This document shows, piece by piece, positions 13,949 through 26,059 of a stretch of 62,000 nucleotides of DNA. The notes under the pieces were generated by a model. It saw only the letters and a list, made by a program, of their open reading frames with translations. It was not told the DNA's origin and did no database searches. The DNA is from Botryllus schlosseri (Eukaryota), in assembly GCA_051294905.1 (NCBI GenBank), contig CM119371.1, positions 682,001 to 744,000 of the forward strand, given 5' to 3'. The number at the start of each line of letters is the position of its first letter. Positions within the stretch are counted from its first letter, which is position 1. The position numbers and the translations under genes are program-made.

Positions 13949-14377
13949 CTGAATACAAGATGTCAAAGTGACAGCAACATATTGAAATATACGAATACGT
14001 GCTGCAAAACAATGAACATGTATCTGATCACCATACGTACAATGCATTTAATATAGAAAAGGAAGCATCAAGTTTCTCATTGAATTAACTCTTCATATTG
14101 GTTTTCGACTTCCACGCAATTGCCGTTAACACACATTGAGTTCATTTTGATTTTTGGATGACGGATATTGATCAGTGATCGGTAAATTGTGGGTTGTGAC
14201 TCCAAGCGGGGTCACCTAAACTATTTGTGGGGTCGCAATGACTTGATGTCGTTCAAGTCAGGTAGATTCGTATATTAACTATCATCAAATTTCCTTCACT
14301 TTATCATATTTCTCAGTGGGTCGGACTGATACTGATATGCCAACGTTTGTATATTGAGGCATAATTATCCATAGAGA

Positions 14378-15190
14378 GAGAGAGAGAGAGAAAGTCTTTA
14401 TTTTTCATCGAACCAAAATACATAACAAACGGCAGTGATGGTGGTACAGAAAATATGCGTGCACAGTATTCGGTATTAGATAGGAATGATCGATAAGACC
14501 GTGAAGGTCATCTAGTCTGATCACACCAGCATCAAACAGGTACACTTGACTCAGAACAGTCTGGCTGTAAAAAAGTGTTCAGTTAGGAAAGGGAAATAGA
14601 AAAAAAATGAAGCAATGGTAGCAAATGATCAATGAAGCAATGTCTGGGCGGGGTAGGGCAACAGTGTTAGTGTAACGACAAGAGGTGATCAAGTAGGGCT
14701 TTTTTGAATCTATTATAAGGCAATTCACGTATATGTGATGGTAATGCATTCCAGATGATAGGCCCCGAGTAGTCGATAGATCTCTTAGTTAGGTTGCTAT
14801 TGGGTTGGGGTAAGTAGACGTTTCCTTTAGACGAAGATCTCGTGAAATGGGAATGGACATGTTTAGCAGGTATGAAAAAGTCATCAAACACAGGAGGGAG
14901 ACTATTGGAAAAATATTTGTGAACAACTTTTGATACTTCGAAGCGATACAGTTCATCAACTCGCAAAATTCGGTGCTTACGGTAGTAAGGCGATAAATTG
15001 GTACGTAAAGGTACAGATGAGATCAGCCGTATCGCACGGTTTTGCAGGGTTCGAATTCTGCACAAAAATGTTGTACATGCATTTCCCCATACTACGATTC
15101 CATATTGCAGATGCGAGTGGAAAAGAGAGAAGTAGATGGTTCGTAGTACTGATCTGGAAACCAAAGATTGGAGACGGGTCATTATTCCCA
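14378..15190 (-). mobile_element. 5'-truncated CR1-group LINE (ORF2 C-terminus, 3'UTR, (TC)n tail)
   Basis: ORF 14667-15191 (YGIVVWG...LQNRAIR...GPIIWNALP) is homologous to 26060-26785; AATAAA then (TC)n tail; TSD CATAGAGA at 14370-14377 and 15191-15198. Confidence 0.92.
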
Positions 15191-16166
15191 CATAGAGACA
15201 ATTTTCAAGCTGTGATTTGTGAGCGTGTTTGTGAAAGCACGGGCTGTTGTAATGGCTTTGTGCAGAAGAGAGATAAATGTGATATTTTGCATCATTCGCT
15301 CATGGCTGATGAACTAGAGTTGTTCAAGATACAGATGAATAGCTTCGCGCAGCAAAGAGGCAAATGGAGTGGAACATGGCGTTATTGAAAAATTATTACG
15401 TTAGTTCTCGGAAAAACAGATACGGGCAAAAAATAGCTACGGCGAAAAATAATTAGTGGATAATCTTGCACGGCTTCTATGAGGGAATTTGGCATGACAA
15501 CAAGGAAAACAACCTGGCATCACCGATACTAACTTTATTTTTGAAAATTGCAGATTCTGTCACTTCATTTCACGTTTCTCGCGGAGATGTGTCTGTAATT
15601 GCGAAAATTACTTCTATTAATTATAAGTGACACCTCCAATAAATCTACTTTTTTCAACTACTACTCAATCAAGTAATTTTAAGACGTTTCCATTTCTACT
15701 TCCACTACACAATAACTACTATGACTTTATGATGTAAGTAAGGCGACGGCGGCTTGGCAATGGAGAAGGATATTCTTGTTAACTCTAATCTATGGATAAG
15801 TATGACGTTTGTAACTAAATAACTACCAACCAACAACACGCAAGTAACCGCCAAGCCAGTGCGAAAAGAAACGAGCTATATTTTTAAATTCATGGAACCA
15901 CCGTACCGTGTTAGGTCGGATTTCCAGCAGGACTTTTTAATTTTTGGCCGGAGCCGGATCAGTACTTTTTCCTGATACGGCCAGAGCCGGATCAGAGCCG
16001 GACCAGAGAATTGACAAACCGGATCGGAGTCTTCAAATTTTTTTTTTCAAATTCAACTGACTACATGATATAGTTGTTAGTTTGGCTATAAAAACTCACT
16101 ACACTAAACTTGGTTTAATACCAATCAGTAGCCGCGTTGCTACAAGAGATTAAAGATTTGGATATA

Positions 16167-16754
16167 GGCTAATTCCATTATAATTCAACAGGGGCTGTAA
16201 TGCATACCCTCAGAATTGTCCAATATTTACAAATGTTTTTTTTTTTTTAATTCCAAGTTTATTAAAAAAAAAAATGAAAAATGTTCAGCGGTTCAAAAGA
16301 TATTGCGATTTAAAATCCTCACGTCACTAGGTGGCGCTACTTTCAAAAATCTTTGAAATCGATATTTTTCGCTTAAATGATGGTAGAGAACCAATTAAAA
16401 TGTCCATTTAACCAATTCTGGGGCCAAGAAATTCAATAAAACCAACTGTTTCGCCCTAAACTCAATGAAAAAAAAGTTACGGATGAAAATAAAAATGGGG
16501 GGGACGGGCTTGAAAATGTCTGTAGGATACGGGCTACACAAAAAAAATTCTTGTGAAATGTTCTTTTAAGTTGATAAAAAGCTTGATTTTAAATTTCACA
16601 TTTATTCCACAATGAAATATGCATCACATAAGAATTTCATGGTCCCAACCCATATCCCTGCTCACCATATATGTAACATATGTAAATATTGGACAATTCT
16701 GAGAGTATGCATTACAAATCTCAAAAAATCTGCTGAATTATAATGGAATTAGCC
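16167..16754. mobile_element. Non-autonomous TIR element, GGCTAATTCCATTATAATTCA termini (PIF/Harbinger-ISL2EU-like, tentative)
   Basis: Clear inverted termini of about 65 bp flanked by TATA on both sides (TA/AT-type TSD); superfamily assignment is inference. Confidence 0.75.
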
Positions 16755-16807
16755 TATAGCCTAATATATAAAAATTAAATATTTTTTTTTCAATACTTTC
16801 TGATCAC

Positions 16808-17377
16808 CAGGGTTGTAACCAAGTCACAAGGCTCCGAGTCACAAGTCAATCTCAGTTTTATAGTTTTGACTCGAGTCAAGTCGAGTCATTTCAATTCACC
16901 ACAGAGTCAAGTCCTATTCCAAGTCAGCGAGCAGAGTGCCGAGTCCCAGTCATGGAATTATGACTCGAGTCCTAGTCTAAGTCATTGTGTTGACTGCTCA
17001 GTTTCCAGTTGAAGTCTTGGTAAACCCACTTTTTATAGCTCTGTTAGGTGATATCGAATGGTTCGCATTTATAATATGCCAATATTCGTCACTTTCAGCA
17101 GTTTATGGTCGCATTTTCAATACGAAATCCCAATAGTGTGTTGGCTTCAGAATTACAATGAAATATCGGTCTTGGCCGTCTGAGTCTCGAGTCAATGACT
17201 TGGTTCGAGTCATGCGCAATGACTCGAGTCCAAGTCGAGTTAGTACACAGAATGACTCGAGTCGAGTCGAGTCATTTCCGTATTTTGAAAAAATGGCTCG
17301 AGTCAAGTCGAGTCATCAGAAAATCGTGAGTCGAGTCGGACTCGAGTCGAGTCATGACTCGAGTCATTACAACTCTG
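16808..17377 (+). mobile_element. hAT MITE, CAGGGTTGTAA family
   Basis: TIR CAGGGTTGTAA/TTACAACTCTG; perfect 8-bp TSD CTGATCAC (16800-16807, 17378-17385). Confidence 0.92.
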
Positions 17378-18578
17378 CTGATCACCCCATGAAATTTATA
17401 GTTTTTCGACAGAAACGCTGCCAAACAAATTTGGTCAATTCCAACCAATGGAAGCGGAGTTATTGCAGTCGAAAAATTAGGATATGAAAAAATTAATAAC
17501 CTGCCCACCGTGAATACGACACCAATTATTCATATCCAAATCTCCGACTGCAATAACTCCGCTTCCACTGGTTGGAATTGAGCAAAATGTAGGATTGATA
17601 TTGAAACTTCTCAAAGCTTCAAAAGCGTGTTCGACTTTTCATGCTTGAAATCGAGGAATGCGTATCAGAGCTATCTTCTAACTTCTAATATTTACGCAGG
17701 GATTTATCAGATCTCGTATCACTCGAGATTCAGTGATACCTACACCGCGTCGATCTTTGTATTGGGACAGGAGAAGTTGCTGAAATAGGATGGCATCGTT
17801 TTATCAAAGAACTCATAGAGTAAACATGTCAGGCGATTCCAAAAAAAAAGCAACACATTAGACTCCGCTATTTTGGCCAAATTAAGTCGAGACACTGCTT
17901 TGTTCAAGTTAACCGGAAATTTAATTGCTCCTTCATGGCTGTGCATTACTGTATTAGGACTGTTCAAGAATAAGCTTTTTTCTGGATTCCAGCCATTCGG
18001 TGAATAAATAGTCAGGTTACCCTAAAAAACGCTGCACACCAAATTTGGTTCAATTCTGACAAGTATAAGGCTCCGCAGATCCAATTAAAATTTTCAATTT
18101 GCTAGGGAAGATATAAAAAAAACAATCAAGGATAATAATCACAGAATTATCAACGAAAAACTCGAATAACTCTTTTTCTACTAGTTGGAATTGACTGAAA
18201 TTTGTTTTGCATCGTTTTTGAAGACAGCTCAACAATATCATGGGGTTGACAGTAACAATTTGAATTTTTTTTTCAATTTGACCTAATAAATTAAATATTT
18301 GAATCTAATTTTGAAAAATTGTGTAGCTTTAACTGTGATTCTGATCTAATTTGAAAAAAAAAACAGTCTAATTATAATTCTAAATGTAGTACAATTTTTA
18401 CAAAAAAAACTGTAGCTTTTAGCTATCATTCTAATTCCAATCTAATTTGAATTTGAAAATGATCTAGTTGTCCCAATCTGGCTGAGAAAACCCAGTTACC
18501 GCGTGAACCCCCGTTAGAAACCCCTGCTGCAAGTTAGCTTAATGAGAAAGTATGCTAATAGTTGTGGTTATGACATAC

Positions 18579-19774
18579 CTTCAGCTTTTGACACCTCTAG
18601 TAAGATTGTCAGCACATAACCGAGTTGTAAGTCTGCATTTTTCAGTTTGGCCCGATTTGCATTTTCAATCTTCACACGTTTCTTCCATTCTGTTGCGTTG
18701 AGGCCTTCAGGGGCTTGTGTTTCTACACAGAAAAATCACAGGTGGTCATGTAGTCTGCATCGCACTTTTCTACAAGTGTTAATCGGAGGTGGTTACCTAG
18801 CTTCACGCTGGGTAGCTATGAGTCGATTTACCGGTGACTCGACTTGACTCGAGTAATTTTTTCAAATAACTCTACTCGAATATATTGATGTGTTGAATCA
18901 ACTTGCCTCGAGCAATTTCTTCAATAGACTTGACTTTAGGATTACCATATTCTGGAATCGGGAAAGGGGGACACTTTTTCAAAATATTTAAACTTGGAGA
19001 AGTCAAAATTATGTCAAAATTGTAGCGTTAGCCAAAAATTGTCTAAATTGTTTACAAAGTAATAACTTTTTTGCAACCTGCGTTTCGTTCATTTTGTATA
19101 TTTTGCAGTGTCTGTGAACTTGTCATTTGACATTTCACCGCTTGTAGCCTACTTTATAGGCCTGCAGTCGTAGACGGCCCATTGTCTGCTTATTGTGAAT
19201 CGTAAACATTCAAATGAAACAAATAGGTCAACATGGTGCTCAACGTACCGCAATATCCCAACTGAAGCTACACTGCCTGGACATTGCAAGGTTCTTATAT
19301 CAAGAAGTGTTGTGCTACTAAACATTTTAATTATCTCTACCATGATCCGTGGTGTAACTTCTGCAATTCTTCATAGGGCCCGATTTTGGTAAAATAAAGT
19401 TCGAAAAATTTTCAGTTATCGATGCAAAAAAGTATTTTTCAGGCCATACTACTTTGTAAGGATAGACAGTCCCAACCGGAAATGAAGACAATTCTAACGT
19501 TATGTGGGAAAACACCTTATTTGTATACATTATTTTCTTAAATCGGTCAATAATGTCAAAATATTGATTTTTAGGTCAAAATCGTTCATTTTTAGGTTAA
19601 AAATACGCCTAGTCAAAAGCATACACGTCATCAAATTCTCCGTTGGGATTGCCAGCATTCTGATTGCATTTGCATTTTCCTTACCATTCAGTGAGTCGAT
19701 ACAATTTGAAACTTTGTCGAAGGTGAGGTCTTGAATCGGACGAGAGCACATCGCTTGGACATGCCAATGGCGAT
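18579..19774 (-). CDS. Open exon pair B (19685-19774) + C (18579-18722) encoding a putative SAM-like domain; the host gene is probably pseudogenic
   Basis: Canonical splice sites, phases 1-1 and 1-1, no stops: DRHWHVQAMCSRPIQDLTFDKVSNCIDSLN-ETQAPEGLNATEWKKRVKIENANRAKLKNADLQLGYVLTILLEVSKAE. SAM resemblance is judged by eye only. Confidence 0.55.
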
Positions 19775-20425
19775 CTGAATAGAAGATGTCATAAATGTGA
19801 CAGCAACGTATTGAATTTGAAACATATGAATACAAGCAGGAAAATAATTTTCATGCATCTGTGATCTTATGATCATACATACAACACACTTGATATCAAA
19901 AAGAAACCATCAAGTTTCGCATTAAATTCAAATTTCTGATATTTATTTATTTATTTGATATTTTCGGTATTTGGCATCGCCATGACCCAACATATCCATC
20001 GCTGTTTCAATTCAATAGTGAAATCGCCTAATAGTTTTATGGTCTTGTTCTACGTTCACTTTAGTTACAGCAAGTAGTAGAGGTCGACCGATATCGACCT
20101 AGCCGATGATCGAGGCCAATGTTTGGAACATCGCTTTGAGTTCTCAGTCTCAGGAAGTCGACGACACAAAGGGGGCTGCGTGACAGATTGCCCTTGCAGG
20201 ACAAGTTGAACTGGGTGAGCATGCAGTGAAATTATGCTTTCTGCATCACAGCCTAGCTCTACTGGACTGATCTGTGATTCTGCATCATCTTTTGCTCTTT
20301 GGGTAACTCCCACATTTCAATGAATGTGCACAATTAAGCAATAATTGTTTTCTAGTTTATTGATCAGCTTTCTGTGGCATGTACAAGAGACAACTACCAT
20401 AATCAAACAGAACAGAAGAGAAAAG

Positions 20426-21039
20426 TAGGGCTGTTCGAAAAAATCTTTTTTTTCTGAATCTTGTTGGCTGCATCATTAAATCATTAGTTTGGCTTAAAAA
20501 ACAATGCACACGAGATTTGAATTCATTCCAACCGGTAAGCGCGGACTTTGTACAGTTTGAAAATTTTGAATATACCCAAAAATGCAAAAAAAAAATTCAA
20601 ATTTTTGGTCAACCCCAAGAAATTGTTGCGCTTTCTTCAAAAACGATCCAAAACAAATTTGACTCAATTCCAACCAGTAAAAGCGGAGTCATTTGAGTTT
20701 TTCTTTGATAATTCTGGGATTATCCTTGATCGGTGGATAATCAAAGAATTATCAACGAAAAACTCGAATAACTCTGCTTCTACTAGTTGGAATCGAGTCA
20801 AATTTGTTTTGGATCGTTTTTGAAGACAGCGCAACAATTTCCCGAGGTTGACAGAAAAATTTGAAAATTATTTTTTATGGCATTTTCAGGTAAATTCTAA
20901 ATTTTCACACTGTACGAATTACGCCCTTACCGGTTGGAATGAATTCAAATTTCGTGTGCATCGATTTTTTAAGGCAACCTAATGATTTAATCACGTAGCT
21001 AACAAGGTTCAGGAAAAAAAGTTTTTTTGAACAGCCCTA
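20426..21039. mobile_element. Palindromic TAGGGCTGTTC MITE
   Basis: Whole element is an imperfect hairpin with TAGGGCTGTTC/GAACAGCCCTA ends; TSD not recognisable. Confidence 0.8.
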
Positions 21040-24000
21040 CTGCACAGCCTGTCTTAATGGTCTGGCGGAAGAGAGGGAGGGACACGGCATATTTTGCACC
21101 ATTCACCCATGATTCGGCAACTACATGATACTGCACTACCGGTATAGTTCTTACAGACGCATATGAATAGCTTTGCACAGCATAGAGGCAACTAGAGTGG
21201 AACATGGCGTTACTAAAAAACCATGATTTTGTATATCCGATACAGTAGTTTTCTGAAGAAAATAGCTACCACGGCAAAAAAAATCATGATTTTATCTTTA
21301 ATTTGATACCACATCAGTTTTGGAGCGAAGTGACCCTTCAAAACAATAGTTTTTGAATATTTTTGTACGACAACATTTTTCAACAACTGATGCTTCAGCA
21401 ATGCTTGAACATTTTTTGCATATTGGAAAACAAAATACATGTAAATGCCGGTTTTTATTTTCGTTTCAATTGGGGTCGCCTCTAAAGAGGTTGCCCACCG
21501 CAGACTTGGACAACTCGATGATTCTCGTCGTCTAATTTCACTAAATTAGATCGAATGCCAGTCATCTAATTCTAATCTAAATTGGAAAAGTCAAAAATTT
21601 TCTGTGGTTGTTGGTCTAGAGTAGGTCAGCCCCACGATACTGACGATGTTTTTGCTGAATAATAGACCGCACATACCTGGTCATAAGAGACCGTCCCTGC
21701 CGGGATGCAAATCCATCTTGCCATCTTTCACATTCCTTCATTTCCTTGTCTGCTCAAACCTTGATCAACTCAAATCTCATTCCCTTCCAGGTTGTTGCCC
21801 TACAGCGGTAGTCATGAAGTCACACATATGTTGACAGACAGACTTGTACAAACTATCATCCAGTTGGTGGGTGATCAACTAACCACTGATTATCTAGTAG
21901 TTCTGGTTCTAGTTGCGGATTTCGGAAAGTGGAGAGTTTCAGTTGTGCATCTCAGGAAATAATTTGTTATACAATGATTTGCGTACAGGTACTCGAATCT
22001 GAATCAAGTACCGTAACCGTAATGATTCGAGTCGATCAGTGATAGACGATTTTTTTGGACTAATGACACTTTACGCCCATTTCCGTCGAAAAGTAATAAT
22101 TGCATCAACTTTCTGAAACCTAGATAAGTTGTATCCAAACATACGAAACATATTGTACAAAGCTATGCACGTTAGCGTCAATGACATTTCTGTGTAGCTG
22201 TGATCGCAAAGCCAAATGAAGTATTTTCAAAAAATACCAAATCATCATTATGTGGTGAAGAGCTGGCATTATGTTTCGTGGTTGCATGAAAAGTAGGCTA
22301 CATACTCAAGCTTTTGGGTCTGGCATATACTTATATCGTCATCATGAGTGATTATAATCACATATATCACATATCAAATAATCAACGTGAAGCCTAATTC
22401 AGAATAGAATCACTCATGTACTATGTATTGACTCATGTAAGACTAGTAATTACGAGCAAACCTTTTTCCTGCATGATTTTGTCTCCAGCATCATCGTCCA
22501 TCGGTAATTCCATTTCAAGTCAACAACACAGCGACCCACTAGGTCTCAGATTTTCATGTCATTTTAGGAGTGAATCTGGTATCTAACACTGAGGGTAGAA
22601 AACATGATTTTTTCAATATTCATACACTGAAACCATTTTGTGCTCACTCAACGATGAAGTTTAATTACTCGTACCGTAGTTTCATATTCCCTGTTACAGT
22701 ACGGTCATAAAACAGTGTGTACCGGTATTAAAGTAGTTAAGAGCGGATGATGGCTTTTAATAACAGAATACAAGAAACTCTTGATATTGAAGGGAAAATT
22801 TTCTACAAACAAATGGAGTCAGGGGTCAATATCAGTCTTAATAGCCTACCCCTTTCAATATCCATCATGCGTGACACAAACTTGGAACATTTTAAGCGCT
22901 ATTCTGTCTACATAAAAATTGGAAGCAACTTCTTATATGAAAGCTGGTTTGGGAGAGAAATGTGACTTACATGTTTTGCCTAATAATATGTAATTGGTAG
23001 GCTAATAGACCTAGTCTAAATCAACTTCATACATAGATACTTCCGACTCCAATTTGTAATTCAATTTCAGATCAAACAAAAATTAGATTGGGTATCAATA
23101 AAGTTTCAGATTATGCAAATATTTGGATCAAAACATTATGAAGTATGAGTTGATATGATTGAAAAGCAATTTATTTTAACGGAATACCGGTAGGCCAACA
23201 TGAGCGTTATCAGGTTATCCCATATAAAAAAAGCTTTTTCTGCTTATTTAACCTTGAAATGAAAGTTTTTCAAGCTGATTTGAAATTGTCTGTAAATGAG
23301 ATACTTTGGCAATAAATAGTTGTTCTTGTTGTTATGTTACATAAGTTGATTGATTTTATCATGCAAGAGTTGAGGTAATAATTTCAGGTACACAGCCCCT
23401 AATGACTCCCTCTCATTTCTGTCTATATCGTAGGCCTACTTCAAAACTTTTGTGAAGGTTGTCACATGAATTCTGTTGCAACATGGAGCATGTACTTAAG
23501 TAATGAGTTAGATGCCAAAATTCTGTAACTAGAATATGGAGCATAATTTTCAGCTAAATCACCACATTTTTATAATCTGAAATATTCCCTGTAGTCCAAG
23601 TTCGTAAGTAAATATTACATAAAAACTCCTTTCCTAAAGATTCTATGCGGCAGGTATTATACGACACTATTTACCGAAATATCCAGGCAAACAGAAATGA
23701 TAGGAAGAGTTAAGAAATATTTTTACACGCAGCGATTTCCATGGGCTTCACCTTCAGCTACGTTCTTGGCTGGGCACCAAAGATGAATATTTTCTCGCTG
23801 GCTTGCTGAATTTATCAATTTATACAACATGACAACATTCTCAGGTATAAGTAGCTCATTTATAGAGACACAAGTTCAGATCTGCATAAAAACAGCACTT
23901 GGATTTCACGGTTAAATGAGCAGAAAGCTTGTTTTCATCGCGCGATAACTTGAAAAACTTCATTCAAAATGGATACCGGTAGCTCAGCTATAGCATTTTA

Positions 24001-25083
24001 CAAGGTGATGACTCAAATTTCAGCAAAATCTGCAACTTGATGGAGACCGAATTTCTCTTTGGTTCATTTCACATAGAATTACCTATATACAGCAGTCACA
24101 AACAATCCAGTAAGCTGGCTTGATCATGGTTTAAGGTTCAACTTAATCAGACTTGCAGCATCATTTTACATTCAGTAATTGCATTCTCAAGTGAGGCAGG
24201 AACGAACGATCGATACTCCATGGAAACTCGCAAATCATGTTTGATAGAAGCTGTAAGCCAATATGTTATCGGTGTCTCGTACGGACTAAAACGTCTACTG
24301 AATACACACAGGTGTGAAGCAAGACGCTGAGAACCGTCTTGGCACACCAAACATATTACTCTAAACGTATCAGGATTCCATTTTCGGGCATAAACACTTC
24401 TTCCTTGGCGATAGCGATTTTCAGAGTCCGGGGTACCGGTATTGACTATCAAGCCATGTTACCATTTCAAAAGATTTCACATCACACTAAACCTTTCGTA
24501 ACAAACATATGCAGCCAGAGGCCATCACAATTTCGAGTTGGTAACCTCTATTCCTATCGATATACCAAGACTGTACTATTGTATGTGAGCATAGTAGAAG
24601 CGTGAAACGGTATGCCAATAAAGCACTGGTCTACAATCAATCAACGCTTTATTCAGTAATATAGGTGAATCAGCCTGTACTCTGAAACATATTAGCTATA
24701 TCTCCAACTTCCGATCGAATTAAAACTGATATTAGAACAATCAATCAGCTGATTTCATTCCATGTTTTGACTCAGAGCCATTCATGCACGTGAGACATTA
24801 GCTCCACCACGCGGAAGAGCGAAAGGCGTTAAATCCATAACATTATGCAGTTCGATATTACATTTCCTTCATAGCCTATTTGGTTTTGTCATCTCTCCTA
24901 ATTTTATTCTCCTGTACATGACGTTATCATCGGATAAGTCGATAAAGCGAACACTCGAATAGGGTAGTAATATAAGCATTTAAAAGAACTATACTGCTAG
25001 AAAAGTTAGGAGCCATCGATGCATGACATCCTTGGAAGCCGAGGAGACCGCTTGCCTAGTAACCACTGTATATATCGTTTTGC

Positions 25084-25699
25084 CATAGTGTCCTATATGG
25101 TGTCGACACAGCCAAATCTCACGCCTCAATGAAATTGTATCACGTCACAATTTCCATTTGGCTACAGGCAATTTGACAGTCATTTTTGACCGGCTTGCCG
25201 AGCATTAAATTTAGTAAAACTGGTATCAATCGAAAGCTGACTTAGCACTGATTACGAAAATATAAATTTTATTCCGCTCGTGGCCCTGGAACTCCCACAA
25301 TCAGCCTCGAATTTTTAATTGTAATGGAGATTGGCATTGGGACGCAACAATGCTGTCTAGCGAAACGAGAAAATAACTCAAGAAAAAAGGACCCAGACAG
25401 CATTGTTGTGTCTCTCGTTTCGCCAGACAGCATTGTTGCGTCCCAATGCCAATCTCCATAACAATGAAAAATTAGAGGCTGATTGTGGGGGTTCCAGGGC
25501 CGCGAGCGGAATAAAATTTATATTTTCGTAATCAGTGCAGAGTCAGCTTTCGATTGATACCAGTTTTGCTAAATTTAATGGTCGGCAAGCCGGTCAAAAA
25601 TGACCGTCAAATTGCCTGTAGCCAAATGGAAATTGTGACGTGATACAATTTCATTGAGGCGTGAGATTTGCTTGTGTCGACACCATATAGGACACTATG
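25084..25699. mobile_element. P-superfamily-like palindromic MITE (616 bp)
   Basis: About 290-bp TIRs starting CATAGTGTCCTATATGG; perfect 7-bp TSD GTTTTGC (25077-25083, 25700-25706). Confidence 0.9.
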
Positions 25700-26059
25700 G
25701 TTTTGCCATGGAAAACTGAATGCGATAGAGAGAGAGAGAGAGAGAATTTTATTCGGTCCATGAACATTGATGATACAAAGATAGATAAATACAAAGCAAA
25801 GTATATATAATTCAGAACCAGGCTGTAGCGAAGGGATCGGGAGATCATCAAGTCAGCTACAGCCTGAAAGGATGGTTGTAATATGAAACTTATCACAGAA
25901 TATAACACATTTGCTAGCAAAAAATATAACATATTCGCAATGTATCAAAAACAGATGAAAAAGTAAGTGGGATAACAGTAGGTAACCTAGATAGACGAGA
26001 TAACACAATGGCACTGGCTATAGGAACACAAACTAGGCAAAAATATGCTGATTGACAAT

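Noticed and set aside
17103..17508. ORFs rich in TRLES/DSSRV
   Set aside because: Translations of GACTCGAGTC MITE repeats; the same applies at 7076, 10479, 49565 and 59644.
24147..24452. Possible THAP domain (KWNPDTFRVIC)
   Set aside because: It lacks the N-terminal C-x-C, the CS.HF and the AVP motifs; insufficient evidence.
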